A model generated the notes under the pieces. It made no database searches. It was given only the letters and a program-made list of their open reading frames with translations, and had not been told where the DNA came from. Shown here in pieces: positions 11,730 to 24,222 of a stretch of 61,989 nt of DNA (positions are counted from its first letter, which is position 1; each line of letters opens with the position of its first letter). This DNA comes from Carcharhinus longimanus (lineage: Eukaryota): contig JASCQW010000027.1 in the NCBI GenBank assembly GCA_030264375.1, positions 100,283,279-100,345,267 on the forward strand, written 5' to 3'. The position numbers and the translations under genes were made by a program.

Positions 11730-12650
11730 TAGCCAGTGAACCCCTGCACTACCTTGTTCCAAAAGAGTGAGTGATATGTGTCAGTGAGTGCTTGTGCTTG
11801 AGTGATGTGACTGTCATGGTTGAAATGTCGGCTACTTGTGCAGGCTGGAAGATGTAATGCAAGATTCGCAGCAGTGCTAAGTGTGTGAGGGAGAAGCAAA
11901 GCTAATAATGTTAGGTTTGTGTCCTGATTGATAGAGGTTGTTGGTAGGTGAGCGATGAGCAGTGTCTGAGGCCAGTGATGCCACTGGTGAAGTATGATGA
12001 GAGGTCGCACAACACCAGGGTGTAGTCCAAAGGTTGATTTGAAATCAGAGGCTTTCAGAGTGCTGCTCCTTTGGCAGCTCACTGGTGAGAGATGGCATTT
12101 GAAACATTTTAAATGACTGTTTGTATTGAACCTTTCACTGTCTGCATCCAGGTCCTTGGTATTTCACCCCTGGCATTGATCTGCACAGCTAAATGCTTCC
12201 ATTACCTTCTGAGAGATTCTCTGGAGGATCATCTGGCCAGCTGTGGAGAGAGCATATCTCTTCTCATGTGCACATCTTTGACCATGTGCAGTGCTGGAGA
12301 ATCTTGGCATCTGCGCTCTCTCTCGCAGTTTGTGCCATTATTGTTTCCCAGGTCAGGATTAGTTGTGGAATGAGTTCCAGCACCTGCTCTAGCCATCATG
12401 CATCTCAGCTGTATGAGTTACAGGTTTGCTTCGAGTATAGTGAGACATCTCTCAACACCAGGTTAAAGTCCAATGGGTTTATTTGGGATCACAAGCTTTT
12501 GGAGCAGTGCTCCTTGATGAATCACTCACCTGATGAAGGAGCAGTGCTCCAAATGCTCGTGATTCCAAATAAACCTGTTGGATTTTAACCTGGTACTGAG
12601 AGGCTTCTTACTGTGCCCACCCCAGTCCAATGCCACCATCTCCGCATCAG
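11730..12650. mobile_element. Penelope-like remnants with a palindromic terminal-repeat element (12449-12603)
   Basis: Inverted repeat ctcaacaccaggttaaagtccaa...ttggattttaacctggtactgag encloses a hammerhead-like core (cac-CTGATGA-a-ggagc agt gctcc-aaat-gc-tc-gtg). Another reverse copy lies at ~12005-12080. Confidence 0.65.
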
Positions 12651-13049
12651 TACTTCAAGTATAGTACAGGCAAGCTTTAATTGCTCTGAGCCTTTGATGA
12701 TTTTGGGCCCAGTGCTGATGTACGCTGCAGTGCAACAATGGGCCTAACATTATTTGCATTGACAATCATGTTAATTAGCAAGTGGCACAAAGTTGGCCTG
12801 ATTCCTGAATTGAAAGCAATGGGCATGAGTTAAGTCACACGTGGCATACCCTGTTCCCCTTGGTGTGGGATTGGGGGTGGCAGTGTTGGGGCAAAGCAGA
12901 GGGAAGGGAAGCTATCAAGCCTTGATCCCAGTTACACTCTCAAAATCATGAATGGATAATTAAACAGAGATTTAAAAACTGATTACTCTTTTTTTATATT
13001 TCAAAGAAATATAAGCCGAGGCATTGCAACCTGTTCTTACTTGAATCCC

Positions 13050-14580
13050 AAAGTCATTGTGGTGAATCTCTGCTGCACCCGCTCCATGATTGATATGTCC
13101 TTCCAGGTGTAGTTCCCAGAGATGAATGTAACACTCCAGACTGGGTTGCAAACAATATTTGTCTAGACATCACATAACTTCATCTCTTTTGTATTCCAAC
13201 CCTCTTGGGATAAAAGCCAACATTTTATTAATTTGTGAAATTATTTGTGATACCTGTCCAAGATCTTTCAGTGATTTCTGCACTTGGGCGCTGACATCTC
13301 TCTGCTCATTTAAAACTCCTAGTCTCTCAGCATTTCAGAAATATCTGATCTATCTTCGTTGAGGTCTAAAGTGGATGACCTCACATTGAACTTCATCTGC
13401 CACATTTAATCTATTAATGTTCCTTTTCAACATTTTGTTCTCCTCTACACTGTTTACTATGCTATTTGACTTAGTGTAGCCAACAAATTTGATATGTCTC
13501 TCTGAGACATTTATACATTTTTTGGTTAAAAAGCTAAATCCTTAGAATAAGTCCCTTGGAAATACCTCTAATCACGTCCTGCTAAATTTCATCTATCGTT
13601 TATCCCTACTCTTTGTCTCCGACCTCCGAACCAATTCCCTTTCCTTTCTCACAGATTGCCTCCAGTTCCATACACTCAATTTTGTAACAGTCTGCTATGC
13701 GGAACCTTGTGAAATGCCTCTTCAAACTCCATATAACTAATATTAATGGACACTCCTTTATTAGACCTCACTTCTACTCTCTCAAAAAAAATGTAGGCTC
13801 GATATTCAAAAGTTGCTCTTTACAAATCTGTGCTAGCTCTTTCTGATTAGCTCACCTGTCCAAATGTTTGTTCGCTTTTTCTTTGGGGTGTGAGTGTCAC
13901 TGGAAAGTCCAGCATGTGTTGTCTGTACCCTTGCTTAGCTCATTTCATCGGGAAGTTAAGAGCCATCCACATTACTGTAGGTTTGTACCAGGTCAGGATA
14001 GCAGATTTGCTTTCCGAAAGGGCATTATAGCGAACTAGATGGGTTTTTGCAACAACTGAATTTATAGTTGCTATAGTGGGAATTGAACCCACATCTCCTG
14101 GAGGAGTGATCCAGTTACATTAGCACTTTCTCCCTTATTTCCACTGTCCCTGCTAATAGTTTCCAGAAACTTCCCAATAGCCCATGTTAGACAAATCGGT
14201 CTACGATTCTCGACACTTATTAAATAATGGAGTAATGTTGTTAGTTTTAATATCCAAGGGGACAATTCCTGCATCAATAGAGTTTTAACAAATTGTGAAT
14301 AAAGCATTGATTATTTCATCATCTATTTTATAAGCCTGGAGCATAAACAATTGGGTCTTGGAAAATTGTCTAGCAGTATTCACATAATTTTGTACTTATG
14401 TTTTTAAGTGAAGATGAAAAGAGTTCCCTCCCCCACTCCCGCCCCTTGCTTCGATTCAATTTCAGTTTTTCTTGTATTTGTTACCACATCATGTCCTGAT
14501 GAGTGAAGACTGAAGCCAATAACTATTCAGCAAGGCTGTCATTTCCTGATTTCCATTTACAATGTCACCTATGTCTACCT
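13050..14580 (-). mobile_element. Old CR1 LINE remnant with a nested tRNA-derived SINE (~13880-14128)
   Basis: Reverse-complement CR1 hallmarks (gtgaatctctgctgcaccc, ggaaccttgtgaaatgcc, cccatgttagacaaatcggtcta). The SINE has a reversed B-box gggaattgaaccc at ~14077. Confidence 0.7.
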
Positions 14581-15944
14581 TTTAAAAGTGTTACTTGTTT
14601 AAATTGACATTGAATGTGGATTTGTGCACATATAAAGAGAAACTTCACCTGATGCGGAATGGTGGGGGAGTGAGACGCACCTCTTTGTAAGCTTTCTCCT
14701 TGGCATAGTGAAGTTGGCCATCAGCAGGTCCAGACTCTTTAAATTTTGTTTGTGCTTTAACCCCCTGCTCTTGATCTGGTGTAGAGGGAGGGTGGGCAAA
14801 TCAGATTTTCTCCTCCTGTGCCTGCTCTTTGGCCTGATCAAAATGGTCATTAACAGGTCCAGGCAGTGAGTTGTGGAGGGAGTCGTTGTGTCTGGCTGTT
14901 TGCCCCTCTGTTCATGCTTGCATTTTCATGGAGAACCAGCACATAGTTTCCACCAGTACACTGGAGACATTCAGTGACCAATCGGATCATCAGCCGAAGA
15001 CTTCATTGAAGATTTTATTTTTAGTTAGTCTTTTGAAGGACTGTCAACTTGTTAATTTATTCGTTTAACAGATCCACTGAAAAGAGTATAAAGGGACACT
15101 TGAGGCAGTATGTTGTTGGGAGGGTTACTTTGAATGCCCCTCTTCTGAGGTAATGTCCATGCACAGGTATCCTTGGAGAAGGGGCTCATGATTGTCTTGA
15201 GGTCTTGCATGACCAGTGGGTGCCATCAGTTCCAGAGTGCATCACCCCCTCCTGAAATATTGTTTTAATTGGACACATTTCTTTTGAGGATTTTATTTTT
15301 GTGACAGTGCCTCTATTTGGAGGGGATATGAAGGGGGAGGAGTTGTCGGGGTCAGTTTGTTAATAAATTTATAGAGATTTAAGAGTACAAAGAGACATTA
15401 GTCCACAATAACATTTGAATTTAACTTTAACTTCAATGAAATTGATCAAGTTTTGTTTTTGTTGCACTCTCCCTGTAAGTGGTTTATCATTTGGATATTT
15501 CTTGATCAAATAAAAGGGTACAAAGAGACACTTATTAGCACTGAGATACAGTTAGGAGCGAGACGTGTAACGTTTCACTCAGTGAATGCATTTGAAACTG
15601 AGTAAAGACGGAAATCAGAGGGTAGGGATTTTCGAGCCATTGCCAGTGGTGGGAATGTCCAATTCCACTGAAGGTCACTCACATGGAAGGCTTCCTGGAG
15701 GTAGGGTGGGTGAGTCATCCAAAATAGTGTAGACTTTATTGGGAATGGAAACTGTCGCTGGCAACCAATGGTGAGCTGCATCCACTGCTGGAAAGCGCAC
15801 TGTGGTGCTGCTGGGTGCTGATGGAGGTGGAGAAGAGGACGTAAAGGGTGGGTAAAGAGGATGGGTGAAGATGTTTGTTTGGTACTGGGGTTGGTGCCAA
15901 AGAAGGAAAATCACAATCCTGGTCGTCTCTTCCGCCATCAACTG

Positions 15945-18600
15945 GCTGTAAGAAGTTTGTAAGAAGAATGTATACATTATAAGAAGTTTAACATGGTAGC
16001 AGTGAATGGTCGTCTAAAAGTGAAGGTTAGAAGAGATTGTTTCAAATGACACAAGATGACAATCCAAGCAGGTTTTGTAAAGGATAGCTCAAAGCAAGTG
16101 TAAATTATCAGGGCGTAATTATACATCAAAGTTCTCAGAATCTAAGCCTTATAACTGGTGGAAGAATGAAGTAGATAGTATCAGCAGAATTAGACCATTC
16201 GACCCCTCGAGTTTACTCCAACATTCAATAAGATTATGGCTGATGTATATTTTTTTAAATTCCACATTCCTACTCTTTCAATAATCTTAAATCTCCTTGC
16301 CCAACAAAAATCTATCTACTTCCATCTTTAAAAATATTTAATGACCCCACTTTCACTCTCTGAGGCAGAGAGTTCCAAAGTTGTGCAACCCCTGAGAGAG
16401 AATTTTCTTCACTGGTGTCTGATGAGGGTCATCCCAACTTTTGGAACCGTTGTGGACTCGCCCACAAGAGCATCCTTTCAAGTTCCGCCTTGCCAAGGTC
16501 ATTCAGGATCTTATATATTTAATCCTCAGTGTTAGCAACTCTAACCCACCTTTCTAACCTACCAAGAAAGGAGGAAGATACCGTCTGGGCATTGTAGCTT
16601 CCAAATAAAATTGGAAGCAAGGTATTTTGTGAGGTGGAAGCCCGTCAGTTGGATACTGAAAAATGTTTGGCTTTTCTGAAATCTTGTATGGATGAAATTT
16701 ACCAAACAAAGGATTCATAGGATGTCCACAATCAAACTTTGTTACACTTTGGAAGTTGCATGGCCATTCCATGGAGGAATATGTCATAAACTTCGACTGT
16801 ATTAAAAAAAATCAATTTGGAAATTGCTTGCTCTTTCCCTGCTCTTGTGGCTTTTTCCCCAAGTTACTCAGGTGGCCGCAATGTTGACTAATTGCACTTT
16901 CCAGATCAACCATCATATTTAGATTGTGGTTTTATAAGTGAAGCCCAAAACAACCCACCCCTTTAACCAGAGTTGAGGACTGGCACTGATGCAACAAACT
17001 GGTCCTGAAGTGTTGCTCAAAACCAGGGTCCACTTCCTCAGAGGTAGGAGAGCTACTTACTGAACCTTGTTCTGTGCTCATGTTTAAACTGTTGAATTGT
17101 GTGAACCACATATGGACAGGCTTCTGGTCTTAACTGGGTTCAGTTTTTGGAAAAAGATTCCCTTTCTAGTAGATGTGTATGATTGGGAAAATATTCCTGG
17201 TGGCAGGAGAGGGAGTGATTTCTCGCATCTTCTGGTGACAGAAGTGCCAATTCTGTGACGCCACAAAGATGGAGGACTCGATGATTGTCGCATTTTGAGA
17301 TGGTTTGTGTAATACCAGTACAAACGGAGAGTTACAGATCTCAAAGAATGAGAATGAAATCACTATTTGCAGATTTGAATACAATTGCAGATGACCAGAT
17401 TAGAGCAGCAATTGTCAGCAAATAAACTCCGTGACAGCCTGGGAATAGTTGAAAGTGCTTCACGTGTAACTCAAAATATCAGTTGTATAATGAACTGCCC
17501 AAAGTAGAACAGCAATGTTCCTGAAGTGAGTGACATATTCAAAAAAGAAATCGGGGACTTGAGGTGATTAGAATGATCAGTCTCATGGCATTGTATTCAT
17601 CACAAGAAACTTTAGCCTGGTAATGAGTGTATTAAATATAGATTCATTCAACTATACGATGTTAGATAGTGGTTGCACCTTGATAGTGTGCAGAACAGAT
17701 TATATAAAATGTTAGCTCAATCCCCTCAGTAGAAAGAATCAATATGCAGTTGGGGAATTTGAAAGTTATCCATGTTTTAGGAATGGGGATGACAATATTA
17801 ATGTCATGAAAAACAATGGTGATTCTATGGAAAGTAACTAGAGTAATCCACCATGTTAGTACTCAGGTAGCCTCTGATGAGATAGCTGCTAAGCCTTCCA
17901 TGAAAAAAGCATAATTGAACTTGGACGTGGAGTATTTTATAAAATCAATGCTTCTGCAGTTTACCCAATCAGAGCATTATTGAATCCGCTTACCAAAATC
18001 TGATATTTCTAATCTTAATGTTCGAGAAGTGTTCATAGCATCAGGACAATCAGAGTAAAAAAGCTAATTGTTTTAAACCTACACATACAGTTTCCTCCCC
18101 GTTTTGTCAAAGATATTAAAAGTCCTGTCAAAAGTAACAGATATGACTGATGAGGAGTATGTGAGGTCATTGAAGAGATTGGTGCAAAATGTGAAAAATG
18201 CAAAAAATGTCAGAAGACACCACCATATCAAATTGTGTAAGCCTTCCATTGGTGCATAATTGAATGAGGCCATTGCCATGGATCTGAAGGTTTGAGGCAA
18301 AGACTGAAATATTTTTAATTTACACTTTTTTATTCACAGATTAAGTAACCAGATTTACTTTTTCGACAGTAATGCCAGAAGGGTGATTGGGAGATAAAGT
18401 CATGGGGAAATAGATAGGGCTGGATTTGGAGCAGCAACAAAATTCCTCACTGATAATGGAGGGGAATTTGTGAATAAGAATTGAGAGATCTGTGTGGAAA
18501 GACGAAGGTTCTGGTTGTGAACTGTACAGGTGAAAGTCCTTTCAACAAAGGACTTTGTGAAAGGAGTCACAAAGTGATTGATGAAATGTGTAAAATCTTA
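15945..18600 (+). mobile_element. Ty1/Copia LTR retrotransposon (GalEa-like), 5' half: LTR end, PBS, gag, protease, integrase
   Basis: LTR end (..taaca) is followed directly by the PBS tggtagcagtg (15994-16004, tRNA-Met type). Gag start FSESKPYNWWKNEVD (~16130-16176); protease MLDSGCT (~17659-17680); integrase NEAIAMDLKV, KFLTDNGGEFVN and ESPFNKGLCERSH (18263-18570). Protease followed by integrase with no RT in between is Copia order. A CR1 tail is inserted at ~16180-16520. Confidence 0.8.
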
Positions 18601-18605
18601 ACAGA

Positions 18606-18955
18606 TGGGGTGGCACGGTAGCACAGTGGTTAGCACTGCTTCTTCACAGCTCCAGGGTCCTGGATTCGATTCCCGGCTCGGGTCACTGTCTGTGTGGAGT
18701 TTGCACGTTCTCCTCGTGTCTGCATGGGTTTCCTCTGGGTGCCCTGGTTTCCCCACACAATCCAAAGATGTGCGGGTTAGGTTGATTGGCCATGCTAAGA
18801 AATTGCCCCTTAGTGTGTCTAGGGATGCAAAGGTTAGAGGGATTAGTGCGTGTAATATATAGGGATATGGGGGTAGGTCCTGGGTGGATTGTGGTCGGTG
18901 CAGACTCGATGGGCCGAAGGGCCTCTTTCTGCACTGTAGGGTTCTGTGATCTATG
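18606..18955 (+). mobile_element. Full-length tRNA-derived V-SINE (HE1-like)
   Basis: A/B-box head (tagcacagtggttagcact...ggattcgattcccgg), V-domain (gtgtggagtttgcacgttctc...tccaaagatgtgcgggttagg) and a CR1-like 3' tail. Other copies at ~19624-19830(+), 22513-22735(-), 32880-33050(+), 36411-36680(+), 38785-39082(-), 42525-42925(-), 46087-46240(-), 50205-50490(+) and 59549-59645(-). Confidence 0.9.
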
Positions 18956-21859
18956 AGAACAATCTGCACTCCCTCCCATCTCCCCTCCTCCTCTTCCCTT
19001 CCCCCAGTCAGAAGATGATTGGGCCTCCCTTCTCCACCACCTCCCCCAGCCAATGAATGACCTGGTCTCCCTCACCAGGGAATGATCTGGCTTGCCTCGC
19101 CCCACCGCTTCCACCCCCCACCTCCTCTACCGATCTGCGTCAGAGAGCCATTGGAAGCTGGAGCACCCGAAACAGCAGGTCTGTTTTGTGCCAATCTGAA
19201 CACGCTAATGCTAAAGGGGGAAATGCTGGTAAAGTTGGGCGGGCAGCCCATTAATTCAATTTAAATATATGCAAATACATTTAAATCGTCATTGTGCCAT
19301 TTCAGGTGCGAATCAGATTGCGGCCATTTTCGGACCTTGGTAAAGTGGGCATCTGCGCAGGTGCGGATCACATTAATGGCCTCACACCCGACTTTACCAA
19401 GTTTCACATTCAAAAACAGACACAAAGCAATGTTAAAATCAGGCCCTTTGTGTCACGTTTGTCTCCTAATAGAAGTGCAATATTCTTAGTTAAACAGGCA
19501 GAACATTTCAAATTGTAGGCATANNNNNNNNNNNNNNNNNNNNNNNNNNNNNNNNNNNNNNNNNNNNNNNNNNNNNNNNNNNNNNNNNNNNNNNNNNNNN
19601 NNNNNNNNNNNNNNNNNNNNNNNGTTTCCTCCCACAGTCCAAAGATGTGCGGGTTCGGTTGATTGGCCATGCTAAAATTGCCCCTTAGTGTCCAGGGATG
19701 TGTAAGTTAGAGGGATTCGTGGGTATAATATGTAGAGATATGGGGGTAGGGCCTGGGTGGGATTGTGTTCGGTGCAGACTCCTTGGGCCGAAGGGCCTCT
19801 TTCTGCACTGTAGGGTTCTATGAAATTCTATGACCAAACTGCAATCCTTGCTATTTGCTTTCATATAATTCATTGAAGGACTTCAAGATTTTTTTTTCTG
19901 GAATTCTTTTCAAGTAGTTTGAATAGTTGTTAACTTCGACATGTATTTCTCATCACAGCCACTGAAATTCCATCTATCCCAATGCAGTAAAAATAAAGCT
20001 AATAATGAAAAAAAAAGCTCTTATGCATGTAGCACAAATGAGCCTAAAGAATTTACCACATTCTTTTAATTGGATAAGCAGGCTGAAGGATCCAGTACAC
20101 CTTTAAGAATGGAAATACGTCCCGTGTACGTAGCTTGGATCAGAAATCATCCAGCTTTAAACAACGCTACCTGTGCCTTTTCATTGACCTCAGAGTAAAC
20201 GACTGCTTGCACTCTTCAAATTGGAAGATTACATTTCCCAATGTTATGGGTAACCTTCAGGTTTAATATGATTTCAGGGTCATATTTTGAAAAGAGAAAA
20301 TTATTATTATAGTCACTGCGTGAGGGAATAAGTAAATTAATGTTTCAGGCATACATTATTTCTTGCATTTTTGACTAAGTTATGCATGAAATGTTGACCT
20401 GCCAATCCTCTCCATTGACGTTGTCTAATATGCTAATACGTGTTTCCAGTGAATTTTGTTTTAAACGTCTAGTGTTTGCAGACTTTTGTTTGAAATTTTA
20501 AGTCCTCTAACTTTTCAGCTCACTGAAAACTGAAAAGTTAAAGGTTATCAAATGATTAAGGTGCAACGTGAGAGAGAAGTGACATGGTATAACACTGCTA
20601 GCAAATGGTAAAAGAAGTAGCCCAACTTGGGCTGGATTTTGCCATCAGCAGTAATGACACACTGGAAAAAATTCTGTCCACAAAAACCAAGTGATCTTGT
20701 CATGTGAATGTCTACTTTCTAAACATCAGTTTGTATTTGATGCAAGGTCAAGGGCATCTCCAGGTATTCAGCAACAGTGGTGTCTTCAAACAGGATAAGC
20801 AGCTCATTATGTAGACTCAGACAGCCAGCCAAGATGTTAAAAGTACGTTCACGTTAAATTTTCAGATGGCAAAACAACTGATTAGGATTGAATTAAGATG
20901 AAAGTTCAAAAATAAACATACTTTCAAAACTGTTTTTTAAAATGTGGAGTTTTTTTTATTTTCATGTAATGACAAACTTCTGTCTGAAGACAACTGTCAG
21001 AATTGATGCTAAAGCAGAAATTTGTCATTCCATGAATATAAATACTTTTTTCAGGATCTGTGAGGGTGTTCATCAGTAATTATTAAATAAATGCACAGTT
21101 TAAAAACCCAGAAGCACTTTGTTCAACAAGTTGTCATTTTTTGCCTGGCCTTTTAAACAAACTTATAGCATAATTGCAAAATTTTGAAGTATTTCACTAT
21201 TGAGAGTCTGAGTGTGGAGATGTCTGGACAGCACTCCCTCAGCAGAAGTGTAAATTCACTGACTGCTGCTTCTGGATTTCTGTGTTAATTTGTACATGTG
21301 TGAACACCAGAAGGTTGCTGTCAGTTTCAGTGGAGAAGTAAGAATGAATGTAAACATTTGCATCTTCATTACCAACATTGCAACGTTTGTTCTGATAATT
21401 TATTTTAAATCAAATTTCAAGTATTACTAAAAAGAACACAGGATGAAAAGGTCATTAAGTTATTACTGAAAGATGGTTTGGAAAAGAGGTTGTTCAGATG
21501 CAAGTAATCATTTAAATTGGGTTCAATGAAACAGAATGCACATCTGCAAATTTTGATTTTTCTCTTAAGGGACATGATTTAAATGGGAACAGAGCTTGAT
21601 GCAGAGATTTATTTAAGCTTTGAGGTCCTTGCCCCTCCACTTGGCTCCTCTTACTGCTCCCCTTGAGAAATCGTCAATTGTCACCAGTTCTGGTTCCTTA
21701 GAAGTTGGCTTAATCTTGGTACGTTGTACAAATTGTCTTTCTTTATCTGTGAGGACATCAAGTTTGAGGCCCATAATCAGGAAAGGGATAGTGAAGAGGA
21801 ACAATTTTCTGTGGATCTGTTAACACTGCGTGATTTTTTATTTCCTTTAAAATAAATAC

Positions 21860-22500
21860 TTTTTTATCCTTCCCAGGCCCATGTTAGCTCAAATTACTAA
21901 CGGTCCTCACTTCTGAAGTACTTTCCCTAACTATCCCAGTCTTCAAATCTGCTGAGTTCATGACTTTCCTCAAAAGAACTACCCTTGAAATTGACATCCT
22001 TGCAAACTACACCCCAGCAGGGTGTATGCTGATGATATTCAGCTCTCTCTCACCATCATCTCTTTGGAGGTCTTCAGTACCTCTGATTTGTCATTTGCTT
22101 GCCAGATCCTCAATCCTAGATGAGCAGACGTTTCTTCCATCTGTATAGAAGAAAGAACATAGTCACTGTATTTGATTACCACTGGAAGTTCTGCTCCCCG
22201 ACCATTGTTCTAATCGCTGCTTGTTGTCTTAAGCTGAGGAAGTTGGTTTGTAACGTTGCTGTTTATCTTTAACTGAGAAGAGTTTCCAATTATTTATCCG
22301 TCGCATCACTCAGTTGCCTATTGTTATCTGCATAAAATAATTCAAATTTGACCCTGCTGTTGGAACCCTCATGTAGGACACGGTTACCTCAAGATGTGAC
22401 TATTTTAATGTACTATGAGCTGGCGCCTTATCTTCATCTCAGATGAACTTGTGCTCATCCACATCCATACTGTTCCTAACGTGTTCCAAACCTTATTTAC
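21860..22500 (+). mobile_element. L2-type LINE remnant
   Basis: LKRTTLEIDILANY and a YADDIQL motif at ~22024-22045. Confidence 0.6.
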
Positions 22501-24111
22501 CCAAGTGTGATCGTATGATCCAAGAATCCCTACAGTGTGGAATGGGGCCATTTGGACAATCGAGTCTGCACCAACTCTTTGACAGACCATCCCATCCAGG
22601 CCCGATCCCCATAAGCCCATGTAATCTACTCATCCTGGGACACTGAGCGGCAATTTACCATGGCCGATCCATCTAATGTGTATATCTTTGGACTGTGAGA
22701 GGAAGCTGGAACAGCTGGAGAAAACCCATGCAGCCTCTTCCTGCTCCTTTCTTTTGTTTTCTTTGACTTCAGAGTTTTCCTGGAACTTTCCTCTGTCCCA
22801 TTCCCTCATTTCTGGAGCTTTCTGCCCTTTAACTTGGGAGTGGCTTTCTATCCCTTTGCACTGTCTTGCTTGTTCTAGCAGTTTCTGTGGAATGCTTCTT
22901 GTTTCTGGGTTACCTTGTTCCAAACTGAAACTCTTGTGCTTCTCCTTTTCAGGGTGACCCTCTGGTTGCTCAGCAACTATTTAGTTCTTTTAAGCCCTGT
23001 AATTCCTTTCACAGTATAAAACCTTCACTATAATGCATGCAAAGATTAGAGTGAAACTAAACCTATAGACTTGCTGGCACCTTTGTTTAACATGAAGCCA
23101 AACTGATGTTTTAACTCTTATTAGCGCACAAGTACAGAAACACAAATTAAACTTAGTTAAACTTGTACCTTATTCCTAACACACAAAACACAATATTACC
23201 TAAACTATCTCCATTTCCCAAAAGTTCCCCTCAAGATCTTATATATTTCAAATAACAGTCAAAATTTCGCTGCATCCCCCCAGATAGTTAGATTATTTGA
23301 AGATAGATGTCTCGCTTTACTGTCCAGGCTGTATTTTGGCAGAGTGGATTTCCTGCATAATCTGGAATCCGTCTGAAGCTCATTGGACTAATTTCCTAAA
23401 TTGGATCATCGCCCAACTGGATGGAAATGAGACTCAAGATATTTTGTTGGATATTTCTAATGGAGTGTCTTGATATTCTACCTCTATCCTTCCATTAACA
23501 ATGAGGCCATTGTGCAACAGTGATGCCATTAGGTCACGTAATGCAGCTTGAAAGAACATTTGCACCTCCTCTGGAGGGTTACTTCTGAGCAGCAAAGAAA
23601 AAGTAGTACAAAATTGCACTACATTTGTCAACTAAGCAGCATTTTTTCGAAAGCCCCACGGGTTCCCAGAGATGGATGGTAATGCTTAAGTGGCAGAAAA
23701 TGCTAGTGAATTAGAGGAGGATTGATTTGAAGGGGAAAAATCATTTCCTTTCCAAACTCGTGAACTATTTTCCATGCTGGCCCTCGATTTAAGATCCGTA
23801 TTTCTGTTGTTGTTATAGATATTGCATCATGGCATTTAAAATCCACTTCCCTCGTCCAAACCTTCTTAAATTTTCACATCTCAATACTGGGCCAGATTTT
23901 GCTGCAAAAATAACAATGAGTAATCACCATTAATGTGAAAATTATGAAGTAACTTGCAGCAACCACACATTCACAGCTAAATACATAAAGCAGAAAGTTG
24001 TTAATTGATATACCTTGCTCCTTCAGAAACTGCATGTGAATGACATCATATTGGAACACTTGCAACTGAATTACATAAATTAGTTATCTAGCTGGATCTA
24101 CTGATTATAAA

Positions 24112-24222
24112 CCACTGACTTCACCCAATATCTACCCACTAACCTCACCTGATTATACGTCCATTAACCTCACCCGATTTTATATCCATTAACCTCCCCC
24201 AATTACATGCTCGCTAGCCTCA
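24112..24222 (+). repeat. Degenerate ~25-bp tandem repeat (4-5 units)
   Basis: Units ccactgacttcacccaatatctac / ccactaacctcacctgattatacgt / ccattaacctcacccgattttatat / ccattaacctcccccaattacatgc. Confidence 0.8.

Noticed and set aside
14492-14518. gtcctgatgagtgaagactgaag, hammerhead-like
   Set aside because: No GAAA/NUH or stem I; it overlaps a reverse CR1 motif (gtgaagactga).
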